From positions 1 through 38,638 of IMG/VR virus record IMGVR_UViG_3300033153_003840: 38,638 nucleotides of DNA. One strand, written 5' to 3'. Shown piece by piece: positions 26,344 through 33,331 of the stretch. Below the pieces are notes generated by a model. The model was not told where the DNA came from. It ran no database searches and saw nothing but the letters and a program-made list of their open reading frames with translations. The stretch is from a virus. Within the stretch, counting starts at the first letter, position 1. Every line of letters starts with the position of its first letter. The position numbers and the translations under genes are program-made.

Positions 26344-26807
26344 GCAAGGACTTGTCTTGCATAAAAAACGAGAGAGAAAGGCACTTTGCAAGCGTCTATT
26401 TCCAACATGACGAATGGATAAGTCAACCTAAACATCTTTATCTTCGAGACGGCACGAGATACAGCGCCGATTTTTACGATAAAAAACAAAACGAATATAT
26501 TGAAGTCGTCGGCAGTAAGTCAGCATATCATCATGGCAAAGCCAAATATTCAGCGTTCCGTAAGGACTATCCTCATTTAATCTTAAAAATATTAGACTAT
26601 CGCGGGTATCCATATCCTGAACAACCTCAAAAAATACTTCCCCCCGTCAAGGCTCTTCAACCCATACGAGGCAACGATAAGTTAGGTAGCTACTCTTGCC
26701 CAGTATGTAATTGTCGATGGCTACCACAGTCTAATTACAATGCGCCAATAAATCCACCAGTTCGATGTCCTTTTTGCCAGTCGGAAAAAGATAACGCTAA
26801 CTTATAA
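26340..26807 (+). CDS. Possible PD-(D/E)XK-like nuclease domain plus C-terminal zinc ribbon
   Basis: RYSADFYD...EYIEVVGSK resembles small phage nuclease cores such as the DUF1064 type, but is not canonical. The C-terminus has CPVCNC...CPFC. Confidence 0.4.
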   Translation: MSKDLSCIKNERERHFASVYFQHDEWISQPKHLYLRDGTRYSADFYDKKQNEYIEVVGSKSAYHHGKAKYSAFRKDYPHLILKILDYRGYPYPEQPQKILPPVKALQPIRGNDKLGSYSCPVCNCRWLPQSNYNAPINPPVRCPFCQSEKDNANL

Positions 26808-26861
26808 CCCCTTGTTATCCCTAGAGAATCAAATTATTTTCGTTTATTATTCATTTTGTGC

Positions 26862-26889
26862 TTGCAATCTTTCTTGATTATGATAATAT
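26862..26889 (+). promoter_or_regulatory. Sigma70-type promoter candidate: TTGCAA-16-TAATAT
   Basis: It lies in a 145-nt AT-rich gap upstream of the gene at 26953. Confidence 0.5.
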
Positions 26890-26952
26890 TCAAATATGGC
26901 TACCAAACAAATGACTGATACAGACATAACCTAGAAAAAAGGAGGGACTACA

Positions 26953-27219
26953 ATGGTACACACGCCGGAATTTATGACATTAAGAGAACTTATACGCGCA
27001 ACTCCCGAAGACGACACCGCCGATGAAGCTGGAAAACTTCTTAACCTCGGCAACACGGGCCACGATAACGGTTGTTGCGACAAAAACAACCCAGACCCTG
27101 ACTGCCTCGGTTATCGCATATACACGCCTAAAGAACTTCGGACGCGTATACGTATTACGTGGGCGGAACACGTAATCACACCCAAATATAATGGCGATGC
27201 AAATTACCAATTAGCGTAA
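26953..27219 (+). CDS. Hypothetical acidic protein, 88 aa
   Basis: AAGGAGGG lies upstream. It is the first gene after the second early promoter. Confidence 0.6.
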   Translation: MVHTPEFMTLRELIRATPEDDTADEAGKLLNLGNTGHDNGCCDKNNPDPDCLGYRIYTPKELRTRIRITWAEHVITPKYNGDANYQLA

Positions 27220-27234
27220 AACGGAGGAACCGAC

Positions 27235-27360
27235 TTGAAGCTCAAATGTCAGAGAAAAGAATGTAAGCACAAATGGATATCAAGATTAGAGAACGGCAAG
27301 CCCAAACAATGCCCAAAATGCAAGGCTTATAACTGGAGCAAACCGAGGGGGAAACAATGA
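27235..27360 (+). CDS. 41-aa zinc-ribbon microprotein (MKLKCQRKECKHKWISRLENGKPKQCPKCKAYNW...)
   Basis: It is not in the ORF track. The TTG start has GGAGGA 6 nt upstream. It has CxxxxC...CxxC and an ATGA overlap with the next gene. Confidence 0.5.
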   Translation: MKLKCQRKECKHKWISRLENGKPKQCPKCKAYNWSKPRGKQ

Positions 27361-27713
27361 CCTACGGACTCGGTAAATGCGCTCGCAAGACTTGTGGTAA
27401 GCCGTACACACTTAAGACACACAACCAAAAATTTTGTTCTACCACCTGTCAACGTCTTGTCCACGATAAGCCGAAAGGTACGATGCACTTCGGCAAGGTC
27501 AAGAATTCCCCGCCCATGAGAAGAGTCCTAGCCCTTCTTAGGAAGAAACGCCAGACCACCCTTGAGATTCAGGTTAAGGCTAGGGTCTGTAATCCCGCGA
27601 CTTGGGTCTCGGCCCTTCGGAAGAACGGTTTTAATATTGTCTGTGAGTACGTGGGTACAGATGCAAGCGATAGTCGGGTGTATCGGTATCAGCTTATCAA
27701 GGGGGGCAAGTGA
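27357..27713 (+). CDS. DNA-binding protein: N-terminal Cys4 finger plus C-terminal winged-helix (HTH_39-like, from memory)
   Basis: The finger is CARKTCGK...FCSTTCQ. The winged-helix pattern is RRVLALLRKKRQTTLEIQ...NPATWVSALRKNGFNI. Confidence 0.55.
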   Translation: MTYGLGKCARKTCGKPYTLKTHNQKFCSTTCQRLVHDKPKGTMHFGKVKNSPPMRRVLALLRKKRQTTLEIQVKARVCNPATWVSALRKNGFNIVCEYVGTDASDSRVYRYQLIKGGK

Positions 27714-27967
27714 TAGACATTACCTTCAAAGGAATCGACGAACGCCAAGGCATAACCCATGCAAGCGGGACTATCGGGGGATACTGGACGTTCACGCACG
27801 GGGGATTGAAAGAGGTCATTCATAAGGTTAGGTGCGTATATTCTTGGGTGGCCTCCTATGAGTCCCTTTGGAGGGTTTCGATACCGAGTGGATGTCCGAG
27901 TGGTAACGGATTGAAGGTGCTAGACCTGATAAAAAGACGGCTTACAGAAGATTATAAGGGGGGATAA
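27710..27967 (+). CDS. Hypothetical protein, 85 aa
   Basis: The GTG start overlaps the upstream stop, with AAGGGGGG upstream. Confidence 0.5.
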   Translation: MIDITFKGIDERQGITHASGTIGGYWTFTHGGLKEVIHKVRCVYSWVASYESLWRVSIPSGCPSGNGLKVLDLIKRRLTEDYKGG

Positions 27968-28155
27968 TGGGCAATTCAGACGCACTAGCAGAAGAACTAC
28001 GAAGGAGAATTAATCAACAGGTTCCGGGGTTCGTTGAAGACCTGCGTACTGGGGCAAAGGGTCTTGACCACCTTATCAGGATGGCGATGTTTAAAGGGGT
28101 TGAAATATGCCAAGACCTTCAAAAGCAGGCTAAAAAGGAGGCCGAGAATGTTTGA
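27967..28155 (+). CDS. Hypothetical protein, 62 aa
   Basis: There is a TAATG overlap with the upstream gene and a G-rich SD upstream. Confidence 0.5.
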   Translation: MGNSDALAEELRRRINQQVPGFVEDLRTGAKGLDHLIRMAMFKGVEICQDLQKQAKKEAENV

Positions 28156-28384
28156 ACACAACATAATAACACCCCTTGTAAGCGGGATGGTATCAGCAAT
28201 TCTCTTAGCCTGTGTAGCCTTTATTCTGGCGGTGGGGTATTCCATCATAAGTAAGGTAGTGAAGGAGAGTCGGGAGTATCATCGTGAAGAGGTGTTAGCT
28301 AATTATCTAAGGGCCGAAGCTCATGCAGAGTGGAAACTCGCAAGGTCGGAGGTTACGGGTATTTTATATAGTAAGGGGGGATGA
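28148..28384 (+). CDS. Single-TM membrane protein, 78 aa (MFEHNIITPLVSGMVSAILLACVAFILAVGYSII...)
   Basis: ATG 28148 follows AAGGAGG. The track ORF 28034..28384 extends upstream in the same frame without an RBS. Confidence 0.55.
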   Translation: MFEHNIITPLVSGMVSAILLACVAFILAVGYSIISKVVKESREYHREEVLANYLRAEAHAEWKLARSEVTGILYSKGG

Positions 28385-28842
28385 TGTCAAAGATTATTAA
28401 AGGATTTAAAGCGTTCAATAAAGACATGAAGTGTAAAGGGTTTCAATATAAAGAAGGTGAAACCTACAAGACCGGCAACGCACGGATTTGCAATATGGGT
28501 TTTCACTTTTGCACAAACCCTCTTCCTGAAAAGAATAACAAAGATACTAACAAAGACTATGCGAAGTTGGCCTCCTCTGGGAACTCTGCCAAGCTTGCGA
28601 GTAGCGGGGACTCTGCCAAGCTTGCTCTCGATGGGCAAGATAGTATTGGGGCTACTATCGGTGCTAATTCAAAGATTAAAGGCAAAAAGGGCAACTGGAT
28701 AACCCTTTCCGAGTGGAAGTATAACGATAAGAAGAACCGATATGTCCCCGTCTGTGTAAAATCGGCGCAAATAGACGGCAAAAAGCTCAAGGAAGATGTC
28801 TGGTGTAAGTTGAAGGACAAGAAAATCGTGGAGGCCACATGA
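28381..28842 (+). CDS. Conserved phage protein (KGFKAFNKDMKCKGFQY...GFHFC N-domain) with SAKLASSG(N/D) nonapeptide repeats
   Basis: The N-terminal motif is recognisable from many phage and prophage proteins of unknown function. A 16-nt perfect direct repeat lies at 28583-28598 and 28610-28625. Confidence 0.6.
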   Translation: MMSKIIKGFKAFNKDMKCKGFQYKEGETYKTGNARICNMGFHFCTNPLPEKNNKDTNKDYAKLASSGNSAKLASSGDSAKLALDGQDSIGATIGANSKIKGKKGNWITLSEWKYNDKKNRYVPVCVKSAQIDGKKLKEDVWCKLKDKKIVEAT

Positions 28843-29042
28843 TTATCCTTTATCTCTACCTAGCCGTAACCGTAGGTATATTACTCAACGCTTATCTTGT
28901 TGAAACCAAGTTGATAGACGAGAAGATGAAGTCCTACGATGAAGGGTGGAACGACGGATATAATCTTGGGGTGATGGAAGACCCTAATGACGACCCTTAT
29001 AGGGAGTATGTAAACGAAGAAGTGGGAATATTAAAAGGATAG
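28839..29042 (+). CDS. Small membrane protein, 67 aa
   Basis: The N-terminal TM is IILYLYLAVTVGILLNAYLV. GGAGG lies upstream and there is an ATGA overlap. Confidence 0.55.
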   Translation: MIILYLYLAVTVGILLNAYLVETKLIDEKMKSYDEGWNDGYNLGVMEDPNDDPYREYVNEEVGILKG

Positions 29043-29052
29043 GGAGACGATA

Positions 29053-29235
29053 ATGATTTTAACCGAAACCGAAGCTATTTCAAAGTTTTGCCCATATACT
29101 ACTAGTATCAACACGGGCAAGTTTTGTCGCGGTTCTTTGTGTATGGCATGGCGTTGGTCTAATATTCTATTCCCCGATTCACCGTCGCGACCTGGGTATT
29201 GCGGCCTAGCGGGAAAGCCGGAGGCCGCAGATTGA
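29053..29235 (+). CDS. Cys-rich small protein, 60 aa (KFCPY...CRGSLCMAWRW...GYCGLAG motif)
   Basis: The motif recurs in many phage genomes (from memory). Function is unknown. Confidence 0.55.
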   Translation: MILTETEAISKFCPYTTSINTGKFCRGSLCMAWRWSNILFPDSPSRPGYCGLAGKPEAAD

Positions 29236-29603
29236 AAGACCTTCACATAAGAACCGCGACCGAAGCACGACGAGAAACCGCCGCATACAATCGGCGAGAA
29301 AATCTTAAGTTTCGAAAAGAAACTGACCAGTTTGACGTGCGACGATTAAACGTCAAGGTCACGAGCATATTAAAAGTAAATCAGACCGCAGAAGAACGCA
29401 AAGCCTATCAGCGCAAGAGGACAAGGGAAATCAAGGATGCTGACGAGGCCAACAGAACGCCGAAGATACGTCGGCTTCAAAAGAGGGAGGGGGAACTTCA
29501 ATCGGCTTATAATCGAGCCAGAGACCCTAAAAAGGCCGAAGCCATAAAGAAGGAATATAGGGAAGTATCGGCGCAACTATGCGAAGAGCTTGGATTGACT
29601 TAA
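29232..29603 (+). CDS. Highly basic helical protein, ~123 aa
   Basis: TTG 29232 has GGAGG 7 nt upstream and overlaps the upstream stop. The track start at 29199 would overlap the previous gene by 37 nt. Confidence 0.5.
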   Translation: MKDLHIRTATEARRETAAYNRRENLKFRKETDQFDVRRLNVKVTSILKVNQTAEERKAYQRKRTREIKDADEANRTPKIRRLQKREGELQSAYNRARDPKKAEAIKKEYREVSAQLCEELGLT

Positions 29604-29613
29604 GGAGATAGAG

Positions 29614-30348
29614 ATGGTAAACGAATTAGCTGTAAGAGAGCAAGACGAACCAACGAAACTTCTCACCCTAGCAGTAGAGAAGAACGCTTCGATAGAGACA
29701 TTGGAAAAGCTCATGGCTCTTCAAGAGAGGTACGAGGCAAACGAGGCGAGGAAGGCTTACCATGAGGCCATGGCAGCATTTAAGGCCAACCCGCCGACGA
29801 TAGTAAAATCGAAGACCGTAAGGTTTGGGCAAACCTCATACCGACACGCCGACCTTGCGGAAGTCGCCACCGTCATAGGCAAGGAATTGAGCAAGCACGG
29901 CCTTTCAGCCGCATGGAGAACCGCTCAACAGGGAGAGGAAATTGCCCAAAAGGATAGGGGAATTACGGTAACTTGCGAGATAACGCACGTCCTGGGGCAT
30001 ACCGAAAGAACTTCCCTAACTGCGCCGCCCGATATTTCCGGCTCTAAGAACACAATTCAGTCTATAGCGTCTACTGTGACGTACTTACAGAGGTACTCTC
30101 TGCTCTCTCTTACTGGCCTCGCCGCCCAAGATGAGGACAATGACGGTGCGGGTGCGGAGGCGGAGCATATCACCATCGAGCAAGTCAAAACTCTGGGTAA
30201 ATTAATAGAGGACACGGATGCGGATGTAATGAAATTCCTCGCCTTCTTCAAGATTGACGATTTAGAAACCCTGTCTTCTAACGATTACAAGCGGGCCGTG
30301 GCACAACTTGAGGCGAAGAAGCAGAGGGGGGGGGCAAGTGCAAAGTGA
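29614..30348 (+). CDS. ERF-family single-strand annealing protein
   Basis: The motifs are SYRHADLAEVATVIGKELSKHGL and IQSIASTVTYLQRYSLLSLTGLAAQDEDNDG, with the acidic tail typical of Erf-type recombinases. AAGGAG lies upstream. Confidence 0.7.
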   Translation: MVNELAVREQDEPTKLLTLAVEKNASIETLEKLMALQERYEANEARKAYHEAMAAFKANPPTIVKSKTVRFGQTSYRHADLAEVATVIGKELSKHGLSAAWRTAQQGEEIAQKDRGITVTCEITHVLGHTERTSLTAPPDISGSKNTIQSIASTVTYLQRYSLLSLTGLAAQDEDNDGAGAEAEHITIEQVKTLGKLIEDTDADVMKFLAFFKIDDLETLSSNDYKRAVAQLEAKKQRGGASAK

Positions 30349-30358
30349 AACGGTCTAT

Positions 30359-30952
30359 ATGATTATGGAGCAGGGGTCGGATGAGTGGTGCGCCCTAAGA
30401 GCCGGATTACCTAGTGCCTCCTGTTTCGACAAAATAATCACGAGCAAGGGTGAGCCGAGCAAGCAAGCGAAGAAGTACCTGTATGCTCTCGCCGGTGAAC
30501 GCCTCTTGGGTTTCTCGCCGGAGACCTATCAGAACGATGCCATGCTCCGGGGTAACGAGCTTGAGGCCGAGGCAAGAGCTTCTTATGAGTTTATAACCGA
30601 TACCGAGGTTCGTCAGGTAGGTTTTTGCTTCCAAGATAAACGGAGGCGTTGGGGGTGTTCGCCAGATGGAATTATCGGCGAGGATGGGGGGCTTGAGATA
30701 AAGTGTCCCACGCTCCCCGTGGCGATAGAATATCTTGATAAGGGTAAAATACCTACGGCCTATGTTTTACAGGTTCAGGGGTCTATGCTCGTAACGGGCC
30801 GAGCTTGGTGGGATTTTATGTCGTATTATCCAGGCTTACGACCGCTTATCGTTCGGGTGGAGCGTGATGAGAAGCTGATAGGCGCGCTTAAGGGTGCGCT
30901 TGAGGGCTTCTGCGAGCAACTAGATACGATGGTGGAGAGCTTGAAGGGATGA
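30359..30952 (+). CDS. YqaJ / lambda-Exo-like recombination exonuclease
   Basis: The motifs are QGSDEWCALRAGLPSASCFDKI and CSPDGI...GLEIKCP (a PD-(D/E)XK core). It is paired with the Erf gene. ATG 30359 lies just after the upstream stop. Confidence 0.8.
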   Translation: MIMEQGSDEWCALRAGLPSASCFDKIITSKGEPSKQAKKYLYALAGERLLGFSPETYQNDAMLRGNELEAEARASYEFITDTEVRQVGFCFQDKRRRWGCSPDGIIGEDGGLEIKCPTLPVAIEYLDKGKIPTAYVLQVQGSMLVTGRAWWDFMSYYPGLRPLIVRVERDEKLIGALKGALEGFCEQLDTMVESLKG

Positions 30953-31419
30953 AGAAAGAGACCTTCATAATAAAAACTGCGGATGACATCGCTCCCCGCC
31001 TAGCGTGGTTAAAGGAACTCTTAACCCTTCACGGCTCCTTAGAGATTGTTATCTCGACCGAGACCCGAAGCCGGAGCGCACGACAGCACAGACTTCTATG
31101 GTTATGGAATTCAGAGATAGCAAACCACCTTGGATTGTTCAAAGATGAAGTTCACGAATTACTCAAGCGTAAATTTGCCGTGCCTATCTTTACCCGCGAT
31201 GATGCGAACTACGCGGAGATGGTAGTAGCAGTCAAGGCGATACGCAAACAAGGTATGGGGGACTACGCAGAGGCTCTGGCGCGGGAAATATCGAGGCTGA
31301 CAAGTACGGTAGATTTTAGTGTTGGCCAGATGCAAGAGTACCTTAACGACATTGAGCATTATGCGGCTGAAATTGGGGCGAATCTGACGTTCCCTGAAGA
31401 CCTATGTACCAACATTTAG
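30949..31419 (+). CDS. NinB/Orf-like recombination mediator
   Basis: The layout MKKETFIIKT...IVISTETRSRSARQHRLLWLWNSEIA parallels lambda NinB (MKKLTFEI...ERNRSLDQNRKLW). Confidence 0.55.
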   Translation: MKKETFIIKTADDIAPRLAWLKELLTLHGSLEIVISTETRSRSARQHRLLWLWNSEIANHLGLFKDEVHELLKRKFAVPIFTRDDANYAEMVVAVKAIRKQGMGDYAEALAREISRLTSTVDFSVGQMQEYLNDIEHYAAEIGANLTFPEDLCTNI

Positions 31420-31461
31420 ACGTTTCACCTGTCCGCTGTTGGGAGTGTACGGGTGAGAGGT

Positions 31462-31583
31462 AGTGGTGGGGTAGGGATGATTGTACAGCAGGCCATTTAA
31501 GATGTGCGATAATCTTGGGAGCTGAAAAGAGTATCCTAGTAGGCGAACCAAGAGCCAAGCTGTCAAATCCCTACCCCACCACT
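31462..31583 (+). other. 122-nt element closed by a 17-bp perfect stem; candidate structured RNA or RNase III site, or MITE-like inverted repeat
   Basis: AGTGGTGGGGTAGGGAT (31462-31478) is the exact reverse complement of ATCCCTACCCCACCACT (31567-31583). Inner helices lie at 31485-89/31559-63 and 31513-18/31548-53. Confidence 0.5.
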
Positions 31584-31638
31584 TTAACTTTAGGCTATGC
31601 GTATAGGAGTTTAACCCTTAAACAGAGAAGGAGAAGAG

Positions 31639-31977
31639 ATGAGTAAGCCAGAAACGATAAAGATTGACGATGTCGAGTACGTAAGAAAAGGTGCGATGCC
31701 TGAAATCGTTGATGGGGTAACGAATCACGGTATACAGATAGTCGTACTAGACCGGGGATTTATCTATGTGGGCCGCGTCAAGACGGATGATAGATGGTGC
31801 TACATTCAGGATGCGTCTTGTGTCCGTATATGGGGTACGACTAAAGGGCTTGGAGAGTTGGTTGATGGCCCCCTACCAAAGACCAAACTAGACAAGGCTG
31901 GTGTCGTGCGCGCCAATATACGCTCCGTTATCCATCTGATAACGTGCAAGGAGGAAAAGTGGGCTACCAACCTGTAA
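31639..31977 (+). CDS. Conserved phage protein of unknown function, 112 aa
   Basis: The motif IVVLDRGFIYVGRV...IRIWGTTKGLGELVDGPLPKTKLD is recognisable from many phages (from memory). GAAGGAG lies upstream. Confidence 0.65.
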   Translation: MSKPETIKIDDVEYVRKGAMPEIVDGVTNHGIQIVVLDRGFIYVGRVKTDDRWCYIQDASCVRIWGTTKGLGELVDGPLPKTKLDKAGVVRANIRSVIHLITCKEEKWATNL

Positions 31978-32132
31978 GCTACGGCTCCGGCGACGGCTAC
32001 GGCTCCGGCGACGGCTACGGCTACGGCGACGGCTCCGGCGACGGCTACGGCGACGGCTACGGCGACGGCGACGGCGACGGCTCCGGCTACAGCGACGGCT
32101 ACGGCTACGGCGACGGCTACGGCGTAGTTTAA
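31959..32132 (+). CDS. Gly/Tyr/Asp repeat microprotein, ~57 aa ((G)YQPVSYGSGDGYGSGDGYGYGDG...GYGVV)
   Basis: GTG 31959 lies 4 nt after AAGGAGGA. The track start is GTG 31944. The ORF is open across the whole GGC-NAC/NCC hexamer array. Confidence 0.45.
   Translation: MGYQPVSYGSGDGYGSGDGYGYGDGSGDGYGDGYGDGDGDGSGYSDGYGYGDGYGVV
31977..32124. repeat. Hexanucleotide microsatellite (GGCTAC/GGCGAC/GGCTCC)n, about 24 units
   Basis: Direct reading gives uninterrupted ggc-tac / ggc-gac / ggc-tcc units. Confidence 0.9.
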
Positions 32133-32184
32133 TTTATTAGGCTATGCCATTATGGGGTGGGTCGGTACGCCTCAACCTTTCTAC

Positions 32185-32212
32185 TTGCATTCTTTACTGG
32201 AAGTTATATAAT
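32185..32212 (+). promoter_or_regulatory. Sigma70-type promoter: TTGCAT-16-TATAAT
   Basis: The -35 lies at 32185-32190 and a consensus -10 at 32207-32212. Confidence 0.6.
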
Positions 32213-32279
32213 GGGTACTTGGGCGGTGTTAAATGACAACCTTAAAATTGAAACCCCTTCCTTCGGGAAGTATAAACAG

Positions 32280-32338
32280 GAACCCTCACAAGGTGAACAC
32301 TGCCCAACAGTTGTCAGCCTCGTGGGGGTTCTTTGTTT
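32280..32338 (+). terminator. Attenuator / terminator-like hairpin in the HNH leader
   Basis: GAACCCTCAC (32280-89) pairs with GTGGGGGTTC (32322-31), with one G-U. TTTGTTT follows, then the RBS GGAGG (32339-43). A cUUCGg hairpin lies upstream at 32257-32270. Confidence 0.45.
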
Positions 32339-32348
32339 GGAGGTTGTT

Positions 32349-32819
32349 ATGAAAAAGATTCCGCTTACACGAGGTAAGTTTGCCCTAGTAGATGACGAGG
32401 ATTATTTAAAACTTATAGATCATAAATGGTATGCCACTAAAGGATACGGAACTTATTATGCAGATGCGACTATAAAAATTACCAAAGGCAAATATAGACA
32501 TACGGGTATGCATCGAGAGATATTAGGTCTTAAACACAGGGATGGAAAATTAGCAGACCATATTAATGGTAATGGGCTTGATAATCAGAAACATAATCTC
32601 CGAGTATGTACTTTTTCAGAAAATCAGCACAACAAAGCAATTCAGATAAACAATACAACTGGCTACAAGGGTGTTGTTTGGAATAAAGAAAAAAGAAAAT
32701 ATGTCGCGAGAATCAAAATCAATCGAAAAACAATTTTCCTCGGATATTTTAAAGAAGTGGTAGAAGCAGGTTTAGCGTTTAATAACGCGGCAATAAAATA
32801 TCATAAAAGTGTTGAATGA
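32349..32819 (+). CDS. HNH homing endonuclease with C-terminal AP2 DNA-binding domain
   Basis: The HNH motif is HREILG...ADHINGNGLDNQKHNLRVCTFSENQHN. The AP2 domain is TGYKGVVWNKEKRKYVARIKINRKTIFLGYF. ATG 32349 has GGAGG 5 nt upstream. The track start at 32157 is rejected. Confidence 0.85.
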   Translation: MKKIPLTRGKFALVDDEDYLKLIDHKWYATKGYGTYYADATIKITKGKYRHTGMHREILGLKHRDGKLADHINGNGLDNQKHNLRVCTFSENQHNKAIQINNTTGYKGVVWNKEKRKYVARIKINRKTIFLGYFKEVVEAGLAFNNAAIKYHKSVE

Positions 32820-32863
32820 TTTGTTATAAAAGGCTCGTTAAATTACGCCGACGCTCCGTATTG

Positions 32864-32893
32864 TTGAGGCTCTACGGGGTCATAGCCTATAAT
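32864..32893 (+). promoter_or_regulatory. Promoter candidate: TTGAGG-18-TATAAT
   Basis: The consensus -10 lies at 32888-32893, inside the right inverted repeat. It is upstream of the gene at 32908. Confidence 0.4.
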
Positions 32894-32907
32894 TTAAGGA
32901 GACACAA

Positions 32908-33090
32908 ATGGATGTTACCCCTGTAACTTGCGAGATATGCGACGTGACATTTACTATGCGCTCTAAGGGAATAGGGTCTTGTCCGGGGTGCAGAACAGCA
33001 TACGCCTATAAAGAGGCCGTTGTGCTTATTTTAGACGATGTCCAAAAAGAGCTATTAAACAAATACTACGAGGATTGCTATGACGAATAA
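32908..33090 (+). CDS. Zinc-ribbon protein, 60 aa
   Basis: It has CEICD...CPGC, with AAGGAG upstream. Confidence 0.6.
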   Translation: MDVTPVTCEICDVTFTMRSKGIGSCPGCRTAYAYKEAVVLILDDVQKELLNKYYEDCYDE

Positions 33091-33331
33091 CATTCAAGAC
33101 TTCTTAGGTGTCCATCTTACAGAGATACAGACCGCCGTAGCGCTAGCTCTTTCAGCCGGAGGAACCATCGGAGAGCTTAAGGAACCGGCCTCTGCGGGGC
33201 GCAAGTATTACATAAGGCATCCTAAACACAAAGAAGACATTGCTATAGCCAACACTACGGTACGCTCCTTGATAAAGAAGGGGGTGATAGATGGCGACCA
33301 TCGTTTTGTGCAGAGTCGATGGTGTGATTAA
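33080..33331 (+). CDS. Hypothetical protein, 83 aa
   Basis: It is coupled to the upstream ORF by an 11-nt overlap, with GAGGA upstream. Confidence 0.55.
   Translation: MTNNIQDFLGVHLTEIQTAVALALSAGGTIGELKEPASAGRKYYIRHPKHKEDIAIANTTVRSLIKKGVIDGDHRFVQSRWCD

Larger units (their letters stand above)
32128..32897 (+). mobile_element. HNH-AP2 homing-endonuclease cassette bounded by imperfect inverted repeats
   Basis: The left end is TTTAATTTATTAGGCTATG...GCCTCAAC (32128-32176). The right end is GTTGAGGC...CATAGCCTATAATTTAA (32863-32897). The interior is AT-rich with its own promoter. Confidence 0.45.

Noticed and set aside
31343-31558. A 71-aa minus-strand ORF covering the intergenic long-helix element.
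   Set aside because: It has no RBS and runs against the direction of the whole early arm. It spans one arm of the inverted repeat, and the translation is Ser/Pro/His-rich with no features.
32157-32348. The long form of the HNH ORF (220 aa, from 32157), and similarly the upstream starts at 137 and 28034.
   Set aside because: The upstream extensions lack an RBS and run through a promoter and hairpins. The internal ATGs at 32349, 164 and 28148 each follow AGGAGG-type sites.
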